Positions 33,837 through 42,030 of a DNA stretch of 64,000 nucleotides are shown here, piece by piece. The notes under the pieces are model-generated. The model worked only from the letters and a program-made list of their open reading frames with translations. It was not told the DNA's origin and searched no databases. A program made the position numbers and the translations under genes. Numbering within the stretch: the stretch's first letter is position 1; each line of letters opens with the position of its first letter. The stretch is from Candidatus Micrarchaeia archaeon (GTDB taxonomy: Bacteria > Chloroflexota > Dormibacteria > Aeolococcales > Bog-877). Location of the stretch: the NCBI GenBank assembly GCA_035533215.1, contig DATLUG010000031.1:18420-82419 (forward strand), given 5' to 3'.

Positions 33837-34751
33837 ATGACCTGGCCCATGCGGCTCGGACGCGCTACCGGCTGGCGTCCCGCCGAGCGCGGCCCGGCCG
33901 ACCACTCGACGGCGGCCCCGGAGGGATCGACCGACGAGACCGGCTGGGAGTCGACCGCGATCGCCGTCACTGGCCCACCCGGGGCGCCGGGGCGGAGCTT
34001 TGTCGCCATCAACCTGGCGGCGACCTTGGCCGAGCAGAGTCCCACCGTCCTCATCGATGCGGATCCGGTGCTGGGAACACTGAGCACGCAGCTGGACCTC
34101 GATCCGGAGCGATCGCTGTGGTTCCTCGCCCACGAGGCGCTCCTACGCCCGCTCGATGGGGAGCTGGTCTCGCGCCACGTGCAGCGCTCCGGTGGGCTCG
34201 ACGTCCTCACCGGGCTGGACGACCCCGGCGAGACCGGAGCCTGCACGCCTGAGCTGGTGGGGGCGATCGTCGCGGAGCTGCGGGCGACCCACCGCTGGCT
34301 GGTCGTGGATGCCGGGGCCCTGATCGGGGCCTTCACCGCGGCGGTGGTGGGGCACTGCGATGGTGTTCTCTGGACGGTGACGGCCACCGAGGTGGGATCG
34401 GTGTCATTCGACCGGACCCTGGGCGGACGGGCGGCAACCGGACTGACCAACGATCGGTGGGAGGGAATCGTCTGCAACCGCTGGGGGCGGACCTCGCTGC
34501 CCCACGCGGCCGCCGACCTCGAGGCTGCCTACGGGCTGCCGGTCCTGGCCCGGATTCCCCTGGACCCGGGCCCCGCCCTGCGCGCAGAGACCAGACACCG
34601 GCCGATGGTGACCGCGGGGGGGCCGCGCCGAGGCTTCACCGAGCTGGCCCGCGCGGTCGCCCGGGCCGCCGCGCCGGACCGGCCAACGACCGGCGCGTGG
34701 CAGACGCCCCTGATGACGCCGGCGGCGGTGACCCTGGCCACTCGAACATGA
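33837..34751 (+). CDS. tadZ: TadZ/CpaE-like ParA/MinD-fold protein with degenerate P-loop
   Basis: ATG 33837 within ORF 33708..34751. IAVTGPPGAPGRSFVAINLAATLAEQSPTVLIDADP has the MinD/ParA topology but lacks the P-loop lysines. ATGA overlap with tadA. Confidence 0.65.
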   Translation: MTWPMRLGRATGWRPAERGPADHSTAAPEGSTDETGWESTAIAVTGPPGAPGRSFVAINLAATLAEQSPTVLIDADPVLGTLSTQLDLDPERSLWFLAHEALLRPLDGELVSRHVQRSGGLDVLTGLDDPGETGACTPELVGAIVAELRATHRWLVVDAGALIGAFTAAVVGHCDGVLWTVTATEVGSVSFDRTLGGRAATGLTNDRWEGIVCNRWGRTSLPHAAADLEAAYGLPVLARIPLDPGPALRAETRHRPMVTAGGPRRGFTELARAVARAAAPDRPTTGAWQTPLMTPAAVTLATRT

Positions 34752-36160
34752 TCGACACGACCGTTGATGCTCTGGTTGGCGCGCCGGACCCTTCCGACGC
34801 TGCGCCTGGTGCTGGCCTGACCCGCCCCGCCGAGCATGCCGAGCGGCTGGTGCTCGCGGCGGTGCAGTCGGAGATCACCGCAGCACTGGGGCGCCGTGCC
34901 GGCACCCGGCTGGTGGCCCAGGACCGGTCCTGGATCCGCGAACTCGTCGACGAGCAGCTCCGCCAGTACCACTCGCGGGCCCCGCTCGAGGGGCTGCCGG
35001 TCCTTTCGCGCGTCGAGTATCGGACCCTCGGTCGCCGGGTCTTCGCCCGGGTCACGCCCCTCGGTCCCCTCGGGGAACTGCTCGCCGACCCGGAGGTCGA
35101 GGAGATCTTGGTGAACGGGCCGAAGGAGGTGCTGGTGGTGCGTGACGGCCGGCAGATGGCCGCCGGGATCGAGTTCGACGACGAGGAGCAGCTCGTCGAT
35201 CTGGTCCAGCAGCACCTCGACCACGGGTCCACCCACTTCGATCGTGCCAGCCCGATGGTGACCGCCACCCTGGAGGACGGCTCCCGCATGAATGCGGTGC
35301 TGCCTCCGGTGGCCGCGCCCTTGGCGATCACGATCCGCAAGCATCACCTCGCCCGCTTCACCACCCTCGACGATCTCGTCGCAGCCGGGGGGATGCCCTG
35401 GGAGCTGATGATCCTGCTCCGTGCGGCGGTGCGGGGGCGACTCAACATCGTCATCTCGGGAGGGACCGGAAGCGGCAAGACCACCCTCCTGCGGGTGCTG
35501 ATCAACGAGATCCCGGCCAACGAGCGGGTGATCACCATCGAGGACCAGCGCGAGCTCCACGTCCGCACCCGCGAGGGCGGGCGTCCGAACTGCATCTCGC
35601 TAGAGGCACGCGAGGCGAACGTCGAGGGCCAGGGGGCGATCACCATCCAGCAGTTGGTCCGCAACGCCCTCCGGCAGCGGCCGGACCGGATCTTTGTCGG
35701 CGAGTCGCGCGGTCCGGAGGCGCTTGACGTCATCGATGCGATGGGCACCGGCCATGACGGGAGCGGCACCACCCTGCATGCCAACAGCGTGCGTGACACG
35801 GTCCATCGCCTCAACACCCTGATCCGGAGGCACCCGGCCCAAGCTCGGGCCGATCCGGCGGCGATCGCCCACGAGGTCGCCGCCAAGGTCGACCTCGTGA
35901 TCCACCTCCGCCGCCACCGGGACCCCACCGGACGGGACCGGCGTCTGGTCGACCAGGTGGCGCTCGTCACCGGGGCGGTGGAATGCGGGTGGCCGGTCGT
36001 GGAGGAGGTGTGCCGCCACGACCGCGGCCGCGGCCGCTGGCGTTGGAGGCGGCTCCGTCTCGATGACCTCCCCGCCAAGGTCGGTGACAAGCTCCGGACC
36101 GCCGACGTCGATCTCGACGCCCTCGCTCGTCACCTGTCCGACCCGGCACTCGCCCTCTGA
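34748..36160 (+). CDS. tadA: Tad/Flp pilus secretion ATPase (CpaF/TadA, T2SSE family)
   Basis: ATG 34748 within ORF 34457..36160. Walker A ISGGTGSGKTTLL, Walker B/Asp box DRIFVGESRG, His box HDGSGTTLHAN. Confidence 0.95.
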   Translation: MIDTTVDALVGAPDPSDAAPGAGLTRPAEHAERLVLAAVQSEITAALGRRAGTRLVAQDRSWIRELVDEQLRQYHSRAPLEGLPVLSRVEYRTLGRRVFARVTPLGPLGELLADPEVEEILVNGPKEVLVVRDGRQMAAGIEFDDEEQLVDLVQQHLDHGSTHFDRASPMVTATLEDGSRMNAVLPPVAAPLAITIRKHHLARFTTLDDLVAAGGMPWELMILLRAAVRGRLNIVISGGTGSGKTTLLRVLINEIPANERVITIEDQRELHVRTREGGRPNCISLEAREANVEGQGAITIQQLVRNALRQRPDRIFVGESRGPEALDVIDAMGTGHDGSGTTLHANSVRDTVHRLNTLIRRHPAQARADPAAIAHEVAAKVDLVIHLRRHRDPTGRDRRLVDQVALVTGAVECGWPVVEEVCRHDRGRGRWRWRRLRLDDLPAKVGDKLRTADVDLDALARHLSDPALAL

Positions 36161-36178
36161 TCGGGGACATCGGCGCTC

Positions 36179-37372
36179 GTGTCCCCCCTCACCATCACCG
36201 CAGCGCTCACCGTGGGGTTGGGGGCCGCCGCCGCCGTCGGCCTTCTGGTTGGCACGGCCGGCCGCCGAGGCCGGCGTCGGTCCCGGCCGCCGAGCCATGA
36301 CCACCCCGCGCAGCCCCAGCGCCGGCGGCCACGGTCGGTCGCCGCCGCCGCGGTCGGCGCGGCGGTGGGATGGATCACCGGGGTGGCGGTGGGCTTGCCG
36401 GTCCTCGGCGTGGCCCTCGGGATCGCCGCCGCCGCCGGCTGGATGGCGATCGGGGGGCTGCGGTGGACGCGCGCCCGACGTGCACGCCGACTTGCGCTGG
36501 GCGAGGCGATCGAGTTGCTCGTCCAGCTGCTCCCCACCGGACAGGGGGTGCGGCAGAGTCTCGAGGTGCTGGCCGAGCGGGGGCCGGTGGTGCTGCGTCC
36601 CGAGGTCGGCCGCCTGGTGGAGCGCACGCGGCTGGTGTCGTTCGACACGGCCGTGCGCGAGACCGAGACCCGCCTCGACGATCCCCTTGGCAGCCTCCTC
36701 GCGGTCGCCCTCATCGTCGGCAACCGCTCCGGCGGGCAGCTGGTCCCCCTCTTCCAGGAGCTGGGACGAGCCGCCCGCGCCACTGAGCTGGTCCGCGGCC
36801 AGGTCGCCGCCGAGCAGGCCCAGGGGCGGTACGGGGCGGGAGTGATCTGCTGCATGCCGGTGGCGGTTCTGCTGGTGCTGCGACTGGTCAATCCCGTCTA
36901 TCTCGCCCCCTACGCCACCACCGAGGGACAGGTCGTCCTCGGAGGGATCGCCTTGGTGATGGGCCTCGGGTATGTGTGGATGCGCCGGATCCTGCGTCTG
37001 CCGGAGCCGGACCGCCTTCCCATCCGCGTCGCCGATCCCGCCGGCTCGGCCCCGGAGCGCCAACCTGGCGCACCCCGCGGCCGTGGCCCCCGGGTGGCGA
37101 ATCACCGGGGCCGAGATGACCGGCGAGCGCCGACCGGACGGCGCCCAGCCCCGGCGGCGATCGGGCGAGCCTGGTTCGGGCGCCGCTGGCCCCCCGGCCG
37201 GCGGGGCGACGCGACGCCCGTGGTGCCGAAGGGTCGAGCCGTCGCATCGGCGCCCCCGTCGGCTGGGCAGACGTCGGCCTCGCCCCCGCAGCCACGCCGC
37301 GCGCTCGCGCCCACGGCGGCGCTCCCCCTGCCCCCGCCGCCGCCGCCGCCGCGGCACGAGGACGATCCATGA
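36179..37372 (+). CDS. tadB: TadB-like T2SSF-domain membrane protein with Pro/Arg-rich C-terminal tail
   Basis: ORF track, 397 aa. The T2SSF-like core spans residues ~105-270 (EAIELLVQLLPTGQGVRQSLEVL...). The tail, residues ~275-397, is low-complexity. Confidence 0.75.
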   Translation: MSPLTITAALTVGLGAAAAVGLLVGTAGRRGRRRSRPPSHDHPAQPQRRRPRSVAAAAVGAAVGWITGVAVGLPVLGVALGIAAAAGWMAIGGLRWTRARRARRLALGEAIELLVQLLPTGQGVRQSLEVLAERGPVVLRPEVGRLVERTRLVSFDTAVRETETRLDDPLGSLLAVALIVGNRSGGQLVPLFQELGRAARATELVRGQVAAEQAQGRYGAGVICCMPVAVLLVLRLVNPVYLAPYATTEGQVVLGGIALVMGLGYVWMRRILRLPEPDRLPIRVADPAGSAPERQPGAPRGRGPRVANHRGRDDRRAPTGRRPAPAAIGRAWFGRRWPPGRRGDATPVVPKGRAVASAPPSAGQTSASPPQPRRALAPTAALPLPPPPPPPRHEDDP

Positions 37373-38331
37373 CCATCGCGGCGCTGCCGGCGCTCCCTGC
37401 GGGCGCGTGGCTCAGCCTGGCGGCGGCCGCCACCCTCGCCGCCATTGCCGCGACCGGCGCCGCATGTCTGCCCCGTCGACCGCGGCTGGCCCGCTGGCTG
37501 GCGCACCGCCGCCGGGCGGGGCTGCGTCCCCCATCGCGGCGTGGTCACGCGCGCGGGCGCGGTCGAGGGGCAGCCGCTCGCTGGTGGCCGGCCAGGTTGC
37601 CACCCCCGCCATGGTCCGAGGCGCTCCGGACCGTCTGGTTGGCGCGCGGACCGGGGGCCCGGCTGCAGCGGCGGATGCGGCAGGCGGGGGTGGCGATCCA
37701 TCCTGGCGCCGCTGCCGGCGCGGTGGCGGGTGGTGCGGCGGCGGTGGCGGCGGTGCTGGTCGCCGTCGCCGCCCTCGGCTGGGCGGTCTTCCCGCTCCCG
37801 GTGGCCGTCGCCGCGGTGGCCGCCGTGCCCGGGCTGGCGGCCGCCGAGTTGGTGCAGCGCGGCCGGCGCCGCCGCCGGACGGTCCTCGGCCAGCTTCCCA
37901 TCCTGGCCGACCTCATGGTGCTGGAGCAGACCGGCGGTGGCATCGGGTTCCGGCGAGCGCTGGAGGAGGTCGTGACCCAAGTGGGCGGGCTGGCGAGTGA
38001 CTCTCTGCTGGACTGCCTGACCCAGAGTGCCCTCACCGGCGGCGCTCACCTCGACGAGCGCATCGACGCCCTCGCCACCGAGTTGAGCCTGTCGCCCTTG
38101 GCCTCGCTCGCCACCGTGGCGCGGCTCCAGCGCACGGAGGGCGCGGCCGTCGGCCCGGTGCTCCGGCAGCTCGCGGCCACCCTGCGCGACCAGCAGCGTG
38201 ACGCCCTGCTGGCGGCGGGAAAGCGGCAGGTGGTCCAGATGCTGCTGCCGACCGGGCTCTGCATCCTGCTCCCGTTCATCGCGCTGGTGCTGTACCCGGC
38301 GCTCGCGCGGTTGCTGGGAGCGCTGGCGTGA
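37369..38331 (+). CDS. tadC: TadC-like T2SSF-domain membrane protein
   Basis: ORF track, 320 aa. Contains LPILADLMVLEQTGGGIGFRRALEEV and a C-terminal TM (LLPTGLCILLPFIALVLYPAL). ATGA overlap with tadB. Confidence 0.75.
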   Translation: MTIAALPALPAGAWLSLAAAATLAAIAATGAACLPRRPRLARWLAHRRRAGLRPPSRRGHARGRGRGAAARWWPARLPPPPWSEALRTVWLARGPGARLQRRMRQAGVAIHPGAAAGAVAGGAAAVAAVLVAVAALGWAVFPLPVAVAAVAAVPGLAAAELVQRGRRRRRTVLGQLPILADLMVLEQTGGGIGFRRALEEVVTQVGGLASDSLLDCLTQSALTGGAHLDERIDALATELSLSPLASLATVARLQRTEGAAVGPVLRQLAATLRDQQRDALLAAGKRQVVQMLLPTGLCILLPFIALVLYPALARLLGALA

Positions 38332-39014
38332 GTGCCCGGCGCGGACCGTCCCGGCCCGCCCGCGTACGCGGGGCGTCGGGCCAGACGATGGTCGAGTTCG
38401 CCCTCGCCGCCAGTCTGTTCCTGCTGCTCGTGATGGGCCTGCTCCAGGTGGCCCTGCTGGCCCTCGCCGACGCCGGCGCCGACGCCGACGTCCTGGAGGG
38501 GGCGAGGCTCGCCTCCGGGTCGGTGGCGGCGGCCTATCCGCTGGCGGATCTCGGCTCCGGCCGCGCGGAGCTGGCCCAGCTTCTCCCGATGGCGCTGTTC
38601 GGCAGCCGGATCGTCACGGCATGTCCCGGATGCGGTCTGCCGCTGACCTGCACGCGCTACCGGGACGGCAAGGCGGTGCCGTCCAGCGCCCGGCCGTGTC
38701 GACCGGGGCCCCTGCCGGGCGGCGCCGGCGGCGGCTTCGGGCCGGCGCCGGCGGAGCTGGATGGACCGCAGGATCCAGCCTGCACGACGGGCACCTGCTT
38801 CGGGGTGGGAGCCGCGATGCGGAGCTGCCGCCTGCCGGCGCCGCCCGGGGTCATTCACGTGTGCCTCACCTACGCCGACTGGCCCGCCACCGCGGTCGAT
38901 GTCTGGGTCCGGGGATCGCTTCGTCCGCTGGTGCCGATGCCGTTCGGCCTGGGTCGGGACCGGCTCCCCATCGATGCCCACATCCGCCTGCAGGTGGAGC
39001 AGCTCACCGCATGA
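38328..39014 (+). CDS. tadE: TadE-like pseudopilin (Cys-rich)
   Basis: ORF track, 228 aa. TadE N-terminal motif GQTMVEFALAASLFLLLVMGLLQ. The mature part contains 8 Cys. Confidence 0.7.
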   Translation: MSARRGPSRPARVRGASGQTMVEFALAASLFLLLVMGLLQVALLALADAGADADVLEGARLASGSVAAAYPLADLGSGRAELAQLLPMALFGSRIVTACPGCGLPLTCTRYRDGKAVPSSARPCRPGPLPGGAGGGFGPAPAELDGPQDPACTTGTCFGVGAAMRSCRLPAPPGVIHVCLTYADWPATAVDVWVRGSLRPLVPMPFGLGRDRLPIDAHIRLQVEQLTA

Positions 39015-39601
39015 GGATGGCGAGGCGGCCGCGGCAGCGAGCGCTCGCCGGCCAAGCGTTCGTCGAACTCGCGCTGGTCGCCCCCCTGGTGGCCCTGCTG
39101 GTGGTCGGCATGGTCGCGGTGGTGCAGCTGACCCGCACCCAGGTCGCCCTCGATGCGGCGGCGGAGGCCGCGGCGCTGGTCGCCGCACGAGCTCCAGACG
39201 CCACCGCCGCTTGCGCGGATGGTCACCGGCAGCTGGCGCAGGTGGTGGAGGCCAGCCGGCCCCTGGCCGGGGTCCGCTTCCGGGACGGGCTCGCCGGCGG
39301 CTGTGTCGGCAGCGTCCCCGACGCCTCCGCGCTCGCCCTGAGCCGCACCGGTGGCGCCGACGCCATCTGGTTCGGGCGCCGGCCCGGACGCGCCTTCTGC
39401 CGTATCGGCGGCGCCGGCCCCGGCACCGGCGGAGCCGACCCCGGCGACGTCCGGGTGGTGTTGGCCGTGCAACCCCGGCTGGGGTGGTTGCCCGGCGGCG
39501 GCGCCTGGCTGCCCCTGCGTCTCACCGCGGACGCGGTGGCGAAGATCGACGCCTTCCGCAGCCGTGACGTCGCCGTCACCACCGAGGGAGACGCGTGCTG
39601 A
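39011..39601 (+). CDS. Second TadE/TadF-like pseudopilin
   Basis: ATG 39011 (ATGA overlap), in the frame of ORF 38198..39601. Begins MRMARRPRQRALAGQAFVELALVAPLVALLVVGMV. Confidence 0.65.
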   Translation: MRMARRPRQRALAGQAFVELALVAPLVALLVVGMVAVVQLTRTQVALDAAAEAAALVAARAPDATAACADGHRQLAQVVEASRPLAGVRFRDGLAGGCVGSVPDASALALSRTGGADAIWFGRRPGRAFCRIGGAGPGTGGADPGDVRVVLAVQPRLGWLPGGGAWLPLRLTADAVAKIDAFRSRDVAVTTEGDAC

Positions 39602-40251
39602 CGCGGGCCGTGGGACCGCGGCCGGGACGCAGCGCGGGCCAGTTGATCCCCGCCTTCGCCATCCTCCTCGGGCTGGTGCTCCTGCCGATCGCCGGCCTGG
39701 CGGTCGATGGCGCCGGGGTGCTGGACGCCCACGCCCAGCTCGCCGGCCTCGCCGCCGCCGCGGCCGAGGGCGGAGCTGGCGCCCTGGACGTCCGGGAGCT
39801 GGAGGCGACCGGCATCTTCCAGCTCTGCACCGGTCCCGTCGACCCAACCGGCTGCGGCAACGAGGTGGGGTCGGCGGACCTGGTGCTGGCGCGGGTCGTC
39901 GCCGCAGCGGGTCTCGGTCCCTGCCACCCGCTGGCGGGATCGCCGCCGGGCAACCTGTGGGAGAGCGGCCCCGGCCCCGTCCCGCCGGTCGCGGTCGGAC
40001 GTGGGTGCGCCTACACCTTCCTCTCCGGCTGCGCCAGCGGCTTGGGCGCTCGGGCCGCGCCGACCTACGCCCCGGCGGCTCCGGTCGAGGTGCGCGTCTA
40101 CCTGTGGCGGCCGGTGGCCCTGCATCTGCTCGCGCTGCTCGGGCTCCGATCGGTGGAGGTGGCCGGGTCGGGGATCGCCCGACTCGCTCACGGGTTCGGG
40201 TCCAGCCTCCTCGGCGCCCCCACCCCGTCGACCGCAGTGGTGTGCTCGTGA
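39595..40251 (+). CDS. TadG-like (Tad_N) pilus-associated protein
   Basis: ORF track, 218 aa. N-terminus SAGQLIPAFAILLGLVLLPIAGLAVDGAGV. Contains 6 Cys. Confidence 0.6.
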   Translation: MLTRAVGPRPGRSAGQLIPAFAILLGLVLLPIAGLAVDGAGVLDAHAQLAGLAAAAAEGGAGALDVRELEATGIFQLCTGPVDPTGCGNEVGSADLVLARVVAAAGLGPCHPLAGSPPGNLWESGPGPVPPVAVGRGCAYTFLSGCASGLGARAAPTYAPAAPVEVRVYLWRPVALHLLALLGLRSVEVAGSGIARLAHGFGSSLLGAPTPSTAVVCS

Positions 40252-41414
40252 TCGAGGCCGGCCCGCCCCAGCGCGCAGCCCGCCCGCGCGGGGAACCGGT
40301 CCGGTCCGCTGCCGCGGCGCCGCTGCCGGTCCCCGACCGCCCCGTCGCCAGGGAGCCGGCGCCCCGCCCCGGCCGGCCCCAGCCCGGCGCGCCTTTGGTC
40401 GGCTGCCATCCGCTCCTCCTGGCGGCCGACACCATCGAGCCGGTGCGCGATCCCCCGCGCCGGTGGGTGGGGCGAGAGGCCCCGAGCCCCGCCAGCACGG
40501 TGGTCGGAGCGGTGCGGGTCGCCGGCGCGCGGCTCCGTGGCCGCATCCTGTCTGCGCGCGGCTCCGGCCGCCGACACCGAGGGGGAACGACCGACGCGTC
40601 GCCGGGGGTGGTGAGCCCACGCCCCGGACGGCCCCTCATCGTCGCGGTCGGAAGCGGACGAGGGGGCAGCGGCCGCTCCACGGTCGCCCACGGGCTCGCC
40701 GCCCGCCTCGCCACCGATGGCACCCTCGGTCCGGTCGTGCTCGTCGACGGCGACCTGGACGTCCCGGACCTGGACCTTCGCCTGCGCGCCGACACGCAGC
40801 CCACCCTGGCCGACCTGCTCGACGCGCTGCCCGAGATCGCCGCTGGCGAGGGTGACGTGGACCAGTACCTGGCGCGGGGACCGGCGTCGGGATTGCGGGT
40901 GCTGTTGGCACCCCCCTCGCGCCGCTACCGCGACGGGATCGGTCCCGAGCACCTCGACTACGTGCTCACCTACCTCCTCGCCCCGGCCTTCGCCGTGGTG
41001 GTGGTCGACCTCGGTCGCGGGTCGCCGCTCGCGGCCGCGGCGGATCCGCGGCAGGGCATCGGCTTTTGGCTGCAGCGCGCGGACATCGTGCTGGTGCCCT
41101 TCCGAGGTGATCCGAGCGGCCTGCGCGACGCCCAGCGGTACCGACTCGAGTGCGCCCGGCTGGGCGTCGCCGCGGAGGCGGTCTGGCCGGTCCTCAACGG
41201 CTATCGTCCTCGACTGCTGCGCATCAGCCGACTGGAGGCGCAGGTGCGCGAGGTGGCGTGCTACCTGTTGCCGTGGGCGCCGGATGCGGCACTGCGGGCA
41301 CAGGTCGACGGCCGGCCGCTCAGCTGCACCGACCCGGCGATGCGGACCGCCTATACGCGCCTCGCCAGCGCGCTGCACGCCTGGGCGCTTCGGACCACGG
41401 CGGGCGAGCGCTGA
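40248..41414 (+). CDS. Second ParA/MinD-fold (CpaE/TadZ-like) protein with Pro/Arg-rich N-terminus and Lys-less P-loop
   Basis: GTG 40248 (GTGA overlap), in the frame of ORF 39351..41414. Contains PLIVAVGSGRGGSGRSTVAHGLAARLATDG...VVLVDGDLDVPD. Confidence 0.65.
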   Translation: MIEAGPPQRAARPRGEPVRSAAAAPLPVPDRPVAREPAPRPGRPQPGAPLVGCHPLLLAADTIEPVRDPPRRWVGREAPSPASTVVGAVRVAGARLRGRILSARGSGRRHRGGTTDASPGVVSPRPGRPLIVAVGSGRGGSGRSTVAHGLAARLATDGTLGPVVLVDGDLDVPDLDLRLRADTQPTLADLLDALPEIAAGEGDVDQYLARGPASGLRVLLAPPSRRYRDGIGPEHLDYVLTYLLAPAFAVVVVDLGRGSPLAAAADPRQGIGFWLQRADIVLVPFRGDPSGLRDAQRYRLECARLGVAAEAVWPVLNGYRPRLLRISRLEAQVREVACYLLPWAPDAALRAQVDGRPLSCTDPAMRTAYTRLASALHAWALRTTAGER

Positions 41415-41416
41415 CG

Positions 41417-41848
41417 GTGCCCGCGTGGCTCCGCCGCCGACCGGGGCCCGGGGTGACGGCGGCGCGTCTTCGGGAGCTGGTCGACGGCCTGGAACGGGCC
41501 TGCGCCTCCGGCGATCGGGCCGCCCTCCGCGCATGCACGACGGGTCCGGCCCGGGTCCGCCTGCTGGAGCACCTGGACCGGATCGAGAGCGTGGGGGCGG
41601 CCTGGGAACCCGCTCGGGCCGAGCTCTGCTGGGCACGGGGCTCGGGTCCGACCGAGCCGGGCGGGATGGGCGTTGGGGGGCCGACCGTCTGGCTGCGCCT
41701 GCGTTTCCGGGACCGTTCGCGCCTGCAGGCGGGGCGTCGCCGACTCCGCGCCGACGACCGGCTGCACCACCTCCGAGCCCTGGTCGAGATCGGTCCCGGG
41801 CCGTGGCGGCTGGTGCGGCTGGTGGTGGACGGGGACGGGGACCTGTGA
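41417..41848 (+). CDS. Hypothetical protein, last gene of the Tad cluster
   Basis: GTG 41417, in the frame of ORF 41150..41848 and 3 nt after the preceding stop. 143 aa. No family recognised. Confidence 0.4.
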   Translation: MPAWLRRRPGPGVTAARLRELVDGLERACASGDRAALRACTTGPARVRLLEHLDRIESVGAAWEPARAELCWARGSGPTEPGGMGVGGPTVWLRLRFRDRSRLQAGRRRLRADDRLHHLRALVEIGPGPWRLVRLVVDGDGDL

Positions 41849-42030
41849 CGGTGCCGACCCCGGAGCGGGTCGTCGGGCCGGACCTGCGACCGTCGGCGCC
41901 GGCGAGCGCACACGGCTGCGGGAGAGGTCCGGGGCCCCGTCGCCCCCGCCGCGGCCCAGCGCCGCCAGCCGCCCGGTTGGATCGGCCGAGGCGGCTCGGG
42001 CCCTTTCACGAGGCGTGGCGGGCCCGTGGC

